A stretch of 60,312 nucleotides of DNA, the filler included, from Dimargaris cristalligena (lineage: Eukaryota): NCBI GenBank assembly GCA_003614675.1. It is 4 parts of 4 records of this genome, joined end to end, with 100 filler letters (N's around TTAATTAATTAA, not from the genome) between each part and the next. Parts side by side here need not be neighbours in the genome. Positions count along the whole stretch, not along the records: positions 30,239 to 45,231 come from ML002920.1; positions 45,332 to 60,312 come from ML002921.1; 2 more parts are not named here. The stretch is one strand, 5' to 3'. A program made the position numbers and the translations under genes. Below, one piece after another: positions 36,243 to 48,400 of this stretch (positions are counted from its first letter, which is position 1; the number at the start of each line of letters is the position of its first letter). Under the pieces are notes generated by a model, which saw only the letters and a list, made by a program, of their open reading frames with translations, was not told the DNA's origin and did no database searches.

Positions 36243-37741
36243 CTTCTAGTATATTTTGGATAGTTTAACCCATTCACGTGTTTCCCACTGGATTATATCT
36301 GCCAATCCAACGATTGCCATCTGAGCCATGTTCAATGGCCTAGAATTGTGGCATGGGGGCTTCTATAGTTGCGCCATTGATGCTTTATGATTATTATCGC
36401 CCTATATGTAAATGCCTTTCCTTAAGCTGGAATGGGAACGCACTGACTTGATTTCCAAAGGCCACCAGAGTTTTTGTACATTTTCATTATTAGATTCTAT
36501 AACAATAGTATTGGTAAAAAAGAAGTCGGCTAACTAACCGCTTTTATTAGTGAAGCGCCGTCTTCTTTTGATTCTTAGGACAAGTGCCATCCGTTAGACA
36601 TGGTAGTCGCTGATTCATGACCATGTTATTATGTGTGAATATATCGGAGGAACATTAAGCCACACACCCACCGTCGGTATGATTGCATCACTTGTTCTCC
36701 TATAAGACACTTTCAAAATTCTGGCATATAAAAAGATACAGTCTTCCTAGCAAGCACATCCAATATTATTTACCAATCGTATTATTAAACCAACCACTGC
36801 AAACTCTCAGTAGCCATCTTTTAATTATCGTCCGGTATCGTCCAAAGTCCGTTCCTCGTGTCAATTTCGGCACTATCTTCTCTTACAGCCCAGTTCGCCA
36901 ACGTTACTCTCAGCAACTCGACAACCAATCTGCTTTTCAGCATGCCTGCATTACTTCCCGGGGATGACTGGGAGACTCTGACAAAAGGAGGTAAGATTCA
37001 TACATGGGAGGGGGGGGGGGTATTTAATAGCTGCTCGAATATTTGGTCAACATTGGCCTTCATACTTCATGCTTGGCTTTAACATCTTTATCGGATCAAC
37101 TACCTCGCAACAGTGTACATAATATGCCTAGGCCGAACCTAATCCAATTATTATATTCAACACAGTTATACCGGGGCTAATAGTTCACTTACTTCTTGAT
37201 TATTTGATTCTCATTTTACCAGCTTCTATCTCATTCATTTTTAGGGACAACCCTCAAAGGGAATATGATGCCTTATTCTATGAATATCTAGAACTATCCG
37301 ATGAAATCGTCCTGCTTCGTCGGGATGGTAACGCACATGTATATGACGCCAGTTCAGTTGCATTTTGGAACTAAGAGCATTCAAAAGTTTGACTCAACTC
37401 CTTCTAAGCAATGTGTCTAGTTCTGAACCACTTGCCAGTCTAGGTGCTTCACCTACCTGATTTTATTGCTCTGTAACAAAATCCACTTCAACATCTTGTT
37501 GATCATGTGCTAATTTATTGACGTGAATACACCACGAAATGTACAAGCTAAATAACAGCCACTAATATTGCTATCCATAATTATCTAGGCAACTTGCGGA
37601 TCAGACAATTGACCATGTATGTCACTGGGGCGTCAGTCGCTAACGAGTTGGAGGGACCTCAACAGTGTAGGCTACGCTTTGGCTGTCTGGTAGGAGGCGG
37701 GGTAGTATAATTTTGGTCAATTTGTAGAAATGGCTTTTCTG
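36243..37741 (+). pseudogene. Degenerate gene of unknown family, copy 2
   Basis: Paralog of 33445-34891. Peptides GFYSCAIDAL, CHPLDMVVADS and FYEYLELSDEIVLLRRDG. Confidence 0.6.
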
Positions 37742-37893
37742 ATTATTACTGGTCAAAAAGTTTTCTCTCATATATTATCGTTGATAGATGCCGTCGACGT
37801 TTTGTTATTTATTGGCAATGTTTATTACGCCAATTGGACAAGTCCACGGTCTGCAATAACCGAAAAGTCATCGTGCACCTGTGTAAAGAACAT

Positions 37894-38054
37894 GGCAGAG
37901 ACAAATTTTTCCGTAAAAATAGAATAAACTAATAGGGTCAGGTGGTAGGAAGGAATAAAATAAGGAGAAAGATAGAGAAACAAATTTTCGCATGGAAATT
38001 TTTCCTTTCTACTTCGGAGAAAGTAATATTTTTACGGAAAAATTTTTCTTTCCC
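37894..38054. mobile_element. Second MITE-like element (~160 bp)
   Basis: Inverted repeats GGCAGAGACAAATTTTTCCGTAAAAATA and TATTTTTACGGAAAAATTTTTCTTTCCC, 25 of 28 bases matching. Confidence 0.6.
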
Positions 38055-38074
38055 CTCTATTAACATAATGAGTT

Positions 38075-38140
38075 TTTAAAAACGAATTCTTCCATGCACG
38101 TATTGTGTAAAGCTTTATACAGTTAGGTTGAATTTCACCC
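38075..38140 (-). mobile_element. ATAT-flanked MITE, copy 3 (one end only)
   Basis: TTATACAGTTAGGTTGAATTTCACCC-ATAT terminus. Left boundary approximate. Confidence 0.65.
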
Positions 38141-39055
38141 ATATCTAAACCAATTTTTCAGGCGCCGCTGTCTCCACCAATGGATCCACACCCTTCCAGA
38201 TTTTTTTTAGTCTCTAAGGACCAAGTTGGCCGGCTGATGAAGGTGATATACCCCGCCGCAATCCGAGCATAGCCCCCCCTATATAAAGCCGTGGGCTCGG
38301 TGATTCTAGGATCAGACATTATTCTCTATTCCTATCTGCTTTATTATACTTTCACTTAATCATTTCGAGATCCAGGTCGTTGTACTTTAAGCGTTTCCCC
38401 GTAAGGTAAGTTCACTCGTGTGATTCGGTTTCTTTTCTTTGGTTTGTTGAATGTTTTGGCAATGAGGATATCACGCTGGCACCAATCTGATGTATAGGAA
38501 CAAGCGATGATTCAGTATGGCTCCATGCCTGGAGTCCTGAGCCTTTACTTCATCAAGTAAACTTTTAAGTGGGACAACAGTCCCCTCTAATCATACGATT
38601 CCGGACGGTCGCTAATCAATGAATAATACATTTGTTTTCTGATTTCTAATTGTAACTAGGTTGTGCCAATACTTATCTGGCTTCACATTTCCTGTAATTT
38701 AATTTTCTGTTAATAAAAATAATTTGGTCCAAAAGTATGTTCTCAGTCGCGGTCATGGGCACTTTATACTATTAAAAGAGACTGCCAACGTCCAAATTGT
38801 ATCTGATGTGTCCTAGCTAATATGAGGAGGGTGTATAACTGTAATCGATCTTTCGGATCAATTTATTACGTGTATGAGGGAAGACACGAGCCAAACATGA
38901 TAAAAAAAAATATTTTCCTTACTAATGGGTCAGTCTGTTTTTTTTTTATAATCTAGAAACCCTAGTAATTTACGAAATAGCACTGTATGTGTCAGGTAAT
39001 TGAAATCCCACCCGCGTAGGAGTATATCACTATACTTGCCAAGTAGTTGGCCACA

Positions 39056-39658
39056 ACCGTACTAATATTTAACGGCAATGTGGTGGTTTAGAAAGGTTCC
39101 TGAGTGACACATCAAGGAGATCTAATGATGGATGTGGCTCACTTGGTTGGTATTCCAGCCCCACGAGCCATTGGAACATACAAATCAACCGACAATGGAA
39201 TTGTCATTGAGATGGACTATGTGCTTGGGGTTACCCTCAAAACCATGTTAGCATCACTGAAAAATGACAAACTGGATCGTATAGGCAAGTAGATGTACGA
39301 TATCGCGGATCGTTTACAAACATGTGTGTCGTCTAACAATGAGAACAATCCCATCAGTGGAAATCCATTACCTGTTAACGACGAGTGTATTCCACTGACT
39401 AGCTTACATGATAATTTTGGTAATGGACGCGCCGACTGCTTTGGCATATTATACATATATCCTATATTACAAGGAATGTTTGGCGATAATAGCCAGAGGG
39501 TGGTCCTTGCTCACAATGACATCCAATCCAGCAACATCATTATAGACTCAAGCATGCTAGTCATCCAGGCCCTCCTGGACTAGGAGTATAGCGGCTTTTA
39601 TCCCTAGTATTGGGAATACGCTAAGCTCTTGGGGATGGAGGCCTGGGGTAGCCCGTGA
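39056..39658 (+). pseudogene. Aminoglycoside-phosphotransferase-like (APH/choline kinase fold) pseudogene
   Basis: One frame gives GIPAPRA, IEMDYVLGVTL, VLAHNDIQSSNII and LLD*EYSGFYP*YWEY with several in-frame stops. Confidence 0.85.
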
Positions 39659-39746
39659 GGTGGGTGGGATAGCAATTAAACATCGGCGACAATATCCTCA
39701 GGAATATTTAGCGGCTAATAAGGAGTGTACCTATTTTCTCCAACAT

Positions 39747-39882
39747 GAGAGAGGTTTAACCCGACTATATAACGAATAGCCCGCTAGATGAAGCAAACAC
39801 TACTGGTTAAAAATATATTGCCCAGCTTATATTCTATATATATACCATTCAAAACTGTATACAGTTAGACTGAATTTCACCC
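39747..39882 (-). mobile_element. ATAT-flanked MITE, copy 4
   Basis: ACAT-GAGAGAGGTTT...GAATTTCACCC-ATAT, 136 bp. Confidence 0.8.
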
Positions 39883-39930
39883 ATATTGAGTGTATCAAAA
39901 CCCTTACTCGCTCCTACAGTTATCATCAAG

Positions 39931-41211
39931 ATGGACAACCTAAAGCGGACTGGTAGGTTACATTCAATTAATGTTTGCCTATTAGTTATATAAGCAATTT
40001 TATATATCTAGGTCCCGGATTTTATCAGTTTCTAGTATGAATGTAGTGCAGTAACTATCCAATGTACAGTGTGTAACGGTTTAGGTCGAGTGGGACCGGT
40101 GGATCAACCGAGTTTCCAAGGAGGGAATGATTTGACAAAATAACAAGGCGCCGAGTTGGGCGAGAAAGCTTTTTTAAAGAATTATTTATTGATTATTAAA
40201 TCGAAACTTAAGGAGCTAAGATTATATTATGTCTATTCATTATATACTACTTGGTTGGTTGTCTGCTGGCTTGGGCGGCTGCTGTTCGCCACTTGCCCAG
40301 TGGAGGCGGATGTGAGGGGAGGGACGGGTTGGACGATTTCATTGGTCGGATGTTCTAGTCGTTCTACAATTGGGTGTTCCGCCTCGCCTGGCGGTTGCAA
40401 GTGTAGTATGCTATTCAGAAGTCTCACCGACCAACCTATTTTAACTGATTTATTATTTTTATATTTGTATAATTTCTTTCACTGGTAGATCTTTTTTTAT
40501 TATACCGGCAAGACGACCCCTAGAAATATCGGTCTAGGGCAGGTTTATTATATTGATAGAGCTGCCAATGGTGTAGTCCCAAAACTGCCTGCTGGGTCAC
40601 ACATGTTTTTAGATGTCAATACCTACACTTTCTACGCTGTAAGAGATACTCCCGAATCATTTGACATTACGGTCCCAAGTTTCTTGGGTGATTGACCTGC
40701 CTTACTACCCGAGAACCAATGGCCACCCGGGATGGTAGCTCAACCAAATATACTGCCTGAAGTAGTCTTTTACAATCTGAGTGATCCTTTGAGGGCGGAG
40801 TCCATCCCTATACTACCTGAAAGTCCACTAAGACCTGTGTTTTCTACTCCGTCTTCCACCGGCTACAGTATCTCTTGGTCCAACTATCCCCCCAGTCCCA
40901 TTCTGCATACATCAGAAGCGGTTCAGGGTTTGGGTAATCCCCTATCCTCTCCCACGGACCATTATACAGCCTCGATGTTGGGTGGCCAGGCCTTATACAC
41001 ACCCATTAATGAGGCCCAACAGGGCAGGTCATTGCCCCGGTTTATAAGCAACCCGCCTGAAACGAGGCAGACCCTAGTCACGCCCCCGGTTAGCAGCCCT
41101 GTGCAAAGCCTTAGCGATGATGGCGATGATCGCTTTGGTAGTGCTGATAGGGTTGATACCGATGATAGCGATGGGGAGGACCAGCAAGTGCCTACCAATG
41201 ATGGCAAATAA
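39931..41211 (+). pseudogene. Spliced orphan gene with one in-frame TGA (exons 39931-39952, 40012-40034, 40489-41211)
   Basis: Two GT-AG introns join in frame (MDNLKRTGPGFYQFLIFFYYTGKTTPRN...). A single TGA at 40693 precedes the Pro/Ser-rich ORF 40732-41211. Confidence 0.5.
40072..40417 (-). repeat. LTR-like repeat family C, copy 1, intronic
   Basis: Starts TGTAAC. Shares GCCGARTTGGGCG and TGTTCGCCACTTGCCCA with 41609-41939. AATAAA on the minus strand. Confidence 0.6.
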
Positions 41212-41608
41212 GCACTATTCACGAGCAACTGTCCTCCAGAAATCGGGATGTTTTAGCAACAGTTAAACAAAGGTGCTGTAGGGGATTCGTGATGGATTAA
41301 CCACTTCCACGTTACGACCCCATCCACTAGAACTGTAACAGGTTTTTGAAGCATAACACTAAGGATGTTACACCGAAATCATCAGATAAGTCAATTGAAA
41401 TGTATTCTTGGTAAAATTAGATTTTGATACATCGGTCGAAATAAAGCACCAGATTCCCTTATCGTAATTGTGAAAGTGAATGCTGATAGGGATTTAATCA
41501 CACTTGGTCATAAATGGGTGATTATTTTTTGAAATTAAAATATCGCCTAGGTTGAACACTCTTAACCTGCTAAATAAGAGGCCATGTGGGTAGACTTGAT
41601 ATTGAGAC

Positions 41609-41939
41609 TGTCATAGGTAGGCCGAGTGAGGTATGTGGACTTGCCAAATTTCTGAGTAGGGACGAGGATTATAATAACCAAATGCCGAATTGGGCGGGAT
41701 AAGATTCTGAAGCGAAGATTTCTAAAAGAGATATTTATTAAATATCAAATCAAGCCTTTGAAGATCAAATCCGGGGTATATCTATTTGTTATATACGCCT
41801 TGGTTGTTCGCCACTTGCCCAATAGAGATGGATATAGGTGGAGGGACGAGTTGGGCGGTTGTATTGGTGGGGCATTCTAGTCACCCTGTAGTGATGTGGT
41901 TCACGTTGTTTGGCAGTTGTAGGAACAGTACCATGAACA
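41609..41939 (-). repeat. LTR-like repeat family C, copy 2
   Basis: TGTCA...TGAACA termini. Diverged direct repeat of 40072-40417. No TSD seen. Confidence 0.6.
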
Positions 41940-41999
41940 CTCCCAATCAATACCCACTACCTAACAGGTACAAGGGAGGTAAATAAGTAGGGGATTTGG

Positions 42000-42620
42000 A
42001 TTCACATTCTACTGCATCAGGGCTGGATGTATTTCGGCTTGGCCATTGTGCTAGTGGCCCGTTTGCTGATTCCTTGGTAATACATTGCCGTAGTTAAATA
42101 ATAATCGCACGGGCATTTCTCGGCCTGAGCTACGGCCTAGTTTTCTATTCCCGCCAGGTTGTCTTCATCGGCAGTGTGTATCAATCATTGTGCCTTGCTG
42201 TCTTTAGCCAGAACACGCCTATCAGTGAATAGCTATGAAACGTACTTGCCATTGTGACCTAAATTATGACTTGGAAACTCAGTTACGGTCCTCAGCGTAC
42301 ATGTCTATTTGGATTAGACATGGGTACGACCTGGTCTATACCGGTTTGTTCCTGTTTAATCGTCTTCCAAATTGACGCCAGAACCCCGGTGGTTCCATCC
42401 GCTTAACGATTTCTAGAGCTGCGGTAATTCTTCATTGAATATCTATCGTTTGGTCTCCATTGCTAATTCGCTCTAATTCGCTATTCGCATTATGCTCGCT
42501 AGCGCTATAAATACAGCGCCAGTCTTTCCAATCCATGAATAAATCAGACCATTCTACGTGCGCTTCTCCAGGAAATCGAGTTACTACTTCGAGTGTCATT
42601 TTTAGTATTTTCAGAGTCAT
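42000..42620 (-). pseudogene. Possible retrotransposon gag relic
   Basis: SEHNANSELERISNGDQTID resembles the gag A..EL..L.QG..T pattern and PDAVECE resembles the PDAMEID motif. Heavily interrupted. Confidence 0.3.
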
Positions 42621-43081
42621 TCCCGAGTATTTACAGAGTTTCTCGAGTTATCCTGGGTTCCTAGAGTCTTCAGGGTTTTACCCAATTATCAGTGTTTTCT
42701 GGGCCTTATCAGTGCTATTGTGTCTTTTTGAGTATATTAATTATCTATAGCTTATATTCACATATTCCCGGTGGCAGAGAACCCTTCCGCCCTCCGTGCC
42801 CTTGTCCCTCCCGAGTTCCTCGCAAAAACCCCGTGCCTCCACCGCCCCACAGGCTATATTCGTATCAAGCTGTTACAGGTAAGTTGATATCCTTAACGCC
42901 CAACCCCTCATTTCTGTTAACTATTTCCCACCTAGCTTGTTGCTTTATGGTGGTGCGCTGCATTAATACATAGGGTGCCTGCACTAATTATGTGTTCCTC
43001 TAAACTGGCTGTCTTTTTACTCCTACCGACCTTAGACCCCTGCCATCTAAAAGTGTACACCCGACACACAACTCAATAGCG

Positions 43082-43468
43082 ATGTCTAATATCTTCACCC
43101 GTGCCGAATACCTGGGATATACGGTCAACCATGAAGGTACCTTTTGTCAGAGATCTGACGGCACCTACCTCTTATTCCATGCGAAGGGGAGTAAAGCCAC
43201 TGGGTTTCAATATACCGTGGATAAAAAGGATGCACTCTATGACGAGTCGGCGACCTATGTACAGGGCTCCGAAAGAGAGTTGGGACGATTTAATGATGAT
43301 GATTATCATAAAATAGTTCAGCAACTTTCCGAACTATATGTCGATACACAGGTGAAATCGGTCAGTGATGCCATGAAGAGTACTTGGAATTGTCGATCAT
43401 GGGTCAGCACGGCTATTCCCGTAATCACGCAGTACGGGTGCGACAAGCAAACCATGGGCGACAAATAA
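43082..43468 (+). CDS. Small protein with permuted papain-like H...H...NC motif (DUF6540-like)
   Basis: 128 aa: VNHEG, LLFHAKGS, WNCRSWV. Putative 5'-UTR intron starting GTAAGT at 42879. Confidence 0.65.
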   Translation: MSNIFTRAEYLGYTVNHEGTFCQRSDGTYLLFHAKGSKATGFQYTVDKKDALYDESATYVQGSERELGRFNDDDYHKIVQQLSELYVDTQVKSVSDAMKSTWNCRSWVSTAIPVITQYGCDKQTMGDK

Positions 43469-44627
43469 TGTAGCATATATAGGTGCTGAGCGTGACGTTT
43501 TACGTCCCTTGTTGGACGCACAATCTTTTATTGGCATGTCTCTCTGTGCCTCTTTTATTATTATACAATTGTTCAAGTTGTTACTATTTTATATTCTTCC
43601 GGGGTATCTCAGTTTCAGTGGCCATACTAACTTTTTATAAAGGATGTCCTCGGTGGATGAGGAATAAAACAAAAATGGCACAATCCACTACAACTCGCAC
43701 CTCCACATTTACGATTCCTCTACTTACTCACTTATTGTTACCTATTTTCTTTGCATATCTCGAATAAACCATTATCTTGACAATAACATTGACACTGAAC
43801 GAAGTGAGGTTTTTGAACTAACTATTATATCGTTACTATGAGGCTAGAAAGGGCAGGGTTATACAAATTGGACTTGTTCCACGCCAAATTGTCTGGTTGT
43901 TTTTAGGGTTGAGTTGGACATATCTGGTTTACAGTTAACCATTACATTAATTAAACACCTCGTTAGAAAAGGGAGGTCTCCAAGTAACCCTTATTCAAGC
44001 CGGCGCATATGTTGAATTCATTTGGGAGTGAAGTAATTATAGAATACTGCTCCATTCCCATCAGTTACTGGGACTAGCTAGTGCCCACAGCTAGTGTGTA
44101 GTTGTGTGCCGTTGGATGGCTCTACACAAGCCCAGCCTATTCTTGTATAATGGACAGATAAGTGGGTATATGTAAAGCCATGATCTGGTCATTTACTCGT
44201 AATACCCGGTCCCCCCAATCTCCCAAAATCTCTCTACACGCATATTTAAATTTCAAAATACAGTGTTTATATCTAGAGGCACTTTCAAACAAAAATAAAG
44301 CAACTGCAATTAAATAAGATGTAAGGTAATTGAAGTTAAGTTATATAGCGTGTATATAAACATTTATACATAAAGGTGTGGGGCGAAGGGTCTAAAGAAC
44401 AACGCTGTTCCGTTGGCAAACGCAAATAAAATACTGATTGGGATTCACCACAAATGGGGCAAATTAAGGGCCGCCTTTCTGAGGCAGACATGGGATTATA
44501 TGGCATTCATCTGGCCAAGCCTTGGGATTCCCAGGGAATGAAAGTGACGCAAAAATAAAAATAAAAAACAGGTGGGCTAAAGCGAGAGACGATGGCGTAG
44601 GATTGATTATTACCAATCGAATTAAAT

Positions 44628-45231
44628 CTATTTATCGGAACTAGTGGAATCGTCCTTCACCGAACTAATAGTGGATACCGAGCCGGGTTCGCCCACCGAT
44701 GAAGTAGTAACTTCCTCCGTGGTAGACTGAGTAGCGGCGTAACCGGACTTGCCGTGGCTGAAACTGAACGGTGTTTCGTCGTCATCGACCGACAAAGGAT
44801 CGAACGAATAGCCGCCTTCGCCGTCAAAGCGGAGCAAAAAGTCGTGGTATTTGAACAGACTGGTCCGGTGCGAAACGGTAAACAGGGTGATGCCCACGCG
44901 TTTGGCATGGTTGTACATGATGCCTTCGACATCGACACTCACGGCGGACGTGCATTCGTCGAGGATGGCGAACTGGGGCCGGTGGTAAAAGAGACGGGCC
45001 ATGGCCACCCGCTGTTTCTCACCGCCGGATAGTACGTCGGCCCAGTCGCGGATGGAGTTCCAACCGCCTTCACGACCCACCAAGTATTCCAGATGGACGA
45101 CCTTGAGTATATTAACGAGGTCGTCGTCGGTTAGACCACGTGCAGTAATATCAGCATGGCTATGGGGGTAGATGATCTGGTCCCGGAAGGTTCCCAGGGG
45201 CAAGTAGGGCTTCTGGGGCACGTAGAAGAGC
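44628..45231 (-). CDS. ABCD3: Peroxisomal ABC half-transporter, ABCD3/PMP70-like, C-terminal NBD (5' partial at contig end)
   Basis: [47 protein letters not shown] and [10 protein letters not shown]. Confidence 0.9.
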
Positions 45232-45331
45232 NNNNNNNNNNNNNNNNNNNNNNNNNNNNNNNNNNNNNNNNNNNNTTAATTAATTAANNNNNNNNNNNNN
45301 NNNNNNNNNNNNNNNNNNNNNNNNNNNNNNN
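45232..45331. other. Artificial contig spacer
   Basis: N run + TTAATTAATTAA + N run. Confidence 0.99.
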
Positions 45332-45422
45332 ATGGGATAATATGTGGGAGAATAACTTTTGACCAGTAATATTTACCTCATCAAATGGATTATTCGCTAT
45401 ACAGCCTGGATGAACTTCTGCC
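45332..45422 (+). mobile_element. ATAT-flanked MITE, copy 5 (truncated by contig start)
   Basis: ACCAGTAATATTTACCTCATC...TATACAGCCTGGATGAACTTCTGCC-ATAT. Confidence 0.8.
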
Positions 45423-48400
45423 ATATGGTTTCGTGGTATAAGTTGCCTCAGGAATCTGACTAGTTAAAGCCTCAGTGGTCTAGGATTCGCCAATGAAACC
45501 CTTCGATAGAATATTTCAGGCAATCACTGTAGGAAAATAAATAAATGAGTGACATCAAAAGCCATTATAGTATACTGATTAACGCTCTTACAGCCTAGAA
45601 GTTATGTCTATAAAAGATAATTACGGAGTCTACGGTGCACCTAAAATTATCGCCTTTCATCCATGACAGTATCATAATAAATTCCCGAAGTTGGTAAAAA
45701 AGTACGCCCTTCTATCCTAAAAATATACAATAGGTCATGGGCAGCTGGTGGATTAAAAGCTATACCTACAGTATGAGGGGTTTTCGACAGTCCTCCTCCA
45801 ATTTATGAATGATGGGAGACGAACAAAAAAATCTATAAACCTAAATTGAATGGTGTTGCGGGGATAGACGATCATCACCATGTTTGATAGGAAAATTTAT
45901 CTAATTTGGAGATTTTGACGTGTTTATAGGTTAATACCGATATTGGCCAAGCTACAGCTTGGGGCTATTAGGGTGCGAGTTCCGAGGTAGCCAGCAAGTA
46001 TGATGATAGCCTCGCTGTCTCATTTCCCCACTACCATTACCTATTCCCAGCAGAACCAAAATGGATAAGAAATATTAAAAAAAGGAAAACATAGGGTCGA
46101 TCCTCCGGTGGGGGCACATGTGATCCAAAAACCCACCCTAAAATATGTAATTCAAAGGGGATACTTTTTCCATGTAGGGTGGGTCAGGATTCGAAGGTTA
46201 GGAACAGTATTGGCGGGAGAGAAGTATGCGAAAGAGGTGGCTGGTTAGGGTGGGATAGTCTATCCGGAGTGGCGGACCTTCCTAATGTTTGCCAGGCAAC
46301 AGCCAAACCTAATTACATTTGGCGGTTTAAAACATAATTTCGAGCTGACTACGAGCACTTGAGCCGGCCAATGGTAGAGCCGGAGGTAAAGGGGATATAT
46401 CCCCATTTTTTTATAAAAAACGGTGTCATGCCGTGTCTAGCCAAGGGGAAGCAACTCGCTCTATCACATTGGGCAAGCATTTTGATGGACATGAGGCCGA
46501 TGGTGGGGAGGTAGGGATAGAGTATGATCCAGTGTTTGGGGTTTGTTGCAAGTCGAACATCCAATTAATAATACACCGCGGGGAAGCAGCCGGACTGGAC
46601 CGTTCCTACCCCTTGACAGCCCGCGGCCCCCATACATTAAATATTGCCCCCCCCCCCCATAAACCACACCCGCTTGGACAACTCAAAGTGTATTAGGGGT
46701 GTTGAGGAATCCAGAGTAGGGCAACGGTGTATAGAGTATACTAGGTTATTTTAGCCGATTGACATATTGTTATGTTCAGGCGTAAAGTATACATGTGCCT
46801 CAAACAACAGAAGGGTCTACAGGGCCCGGCGATCCCCTTTAACTTCCAAACCCAACTGTGGCTCTATATTTTCTTGTATGTATGAGAGTATATGTACATA
46901 TGAGTGCGCACATCCGGCGCCTATTTTGGTTGGTTGTTTCTGCTTGATAATCCCCCAGCCCTCCTTGTCAGATGAAAAGGGGCACTGCCAATTTACCTGA
47001 TCTATTGGGCTCTATTTTCACGAACATGCCACAATGCGCACATCAAGAAACATACCCACAGCTGAGCAATGGATGTGTGGGAAGGGTAATACATGAGGGG
47101 ATCTAGCTGAAGCTAATATTACAATGTTTGGGCAATTTAACCATAGACGCACTTCATTTGTAGGTTCCCAATTTTGATTCATCGTGACTAAAATTTGGGG
47201 CAACTAAAGCCCTTTCAAAAAAAAAATAGCAGTATAAGTGCCAGTTCGGTCAAATCGCGTTATTTTGCGGCCGGTTTCCCTATCTATATGTAAGTGCATG
47301 TGCGTGGGTGTGTGTCTATGTACGAACATGTAGACTATGTACAATATGATGACGAATGGGAGGGGTGTTGAATATTAAACCATGAGTGATTTATCTTCGA
47401 CCGAACTCTTAATGGCGAGTCTGCCTGCGTTACACATGGGCATCTGACCAAGCAAACAATCGAATCGGCAGACGGATGTGGGTATAAGGCAAACGGGAGA
47501 CCGAGACGGTCAGAATGGGTCCAGGGGATCAAACATGCAGGCCGTGACTAAGCCCAAGCGTGACCCCCCTCTCCGCATACCAAAGTGGCCTCCCGAATAC
47601 GAGACCTAATGATTCCGAAGAAGCGACAAAGTTTCGGGGGGATCTCGGCCACCTTTCCACAGGGCTGGATTCGGTTCCACTCTTCAACGTTGAGCGGCTG
47701 GAGTAGGAGATTGTGGGGAGGTGGGAATTTGGAGAAGTGACCGGGGGGACCAGCTGCGGGAGAATGACGAGGGATTCCCCTAAGCCACCTCATCACCACA
47801 CTGGGATTGCACGGTCAAGTACACCTCTCCACCTCCCTCCCCTCGTCTCCCTTGTCACCTATGGTTATATCAGATAAACGGGCTGACTGAGACGAACACC
47901 TTTTTAGAACGGTGCCGGATACCATACGGTTTGAACCCCGCCTATAGACATGTAGAGTCGGCTCGCGTTGCCAGGGATCTGACACGGCCCACACCACTAC
48001 GACCAACCCCAGTGAGCTGCCATTTGGCTGACCGGCCCCAGGGGCGCACGGTTAGCTAGGGCAGTGGGTAATCACTGGAGGGGGGGTTAGAGCCAGGCTA
48101 CTCTCATTGATACTGCTAGCGTGGTCAACAGTTGGACTGACTGTAGTTCTTTAATGAGGGATTAATGAGTAAATGCTATGATAAAAGGAGGTGGGGAATG
48201 AACGCATCGCACAAAACTGGTTGAAAGCCGGTTTTGCCAACGAATATCTCGCCCAGTAAGTCGCCTTGCAATGTGCCCCAACGAATTGAGCGGGTCAGTA
48301 GAGGTGGGGTGGACACAAATTACCCCCCCCCCCGTCATGACTGTTCTGAATTGGGTAATTATTATTCCCGTTTCTTGTGACCTACCCAATGTTGATACAG

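Noticed and set aside
40072..41939. A single retroelement bounded by the two family C repeats
   Set aside because: The repeats are quite diverged, no outer TSD or PBS is seen, and the interior looks like an exon of a host gene.
42590..42735. CRISPR-like or regular repeat array
   Set aside because: Units are ~10 nt, degenerate and lack spacers, and the context is eukaryotic.
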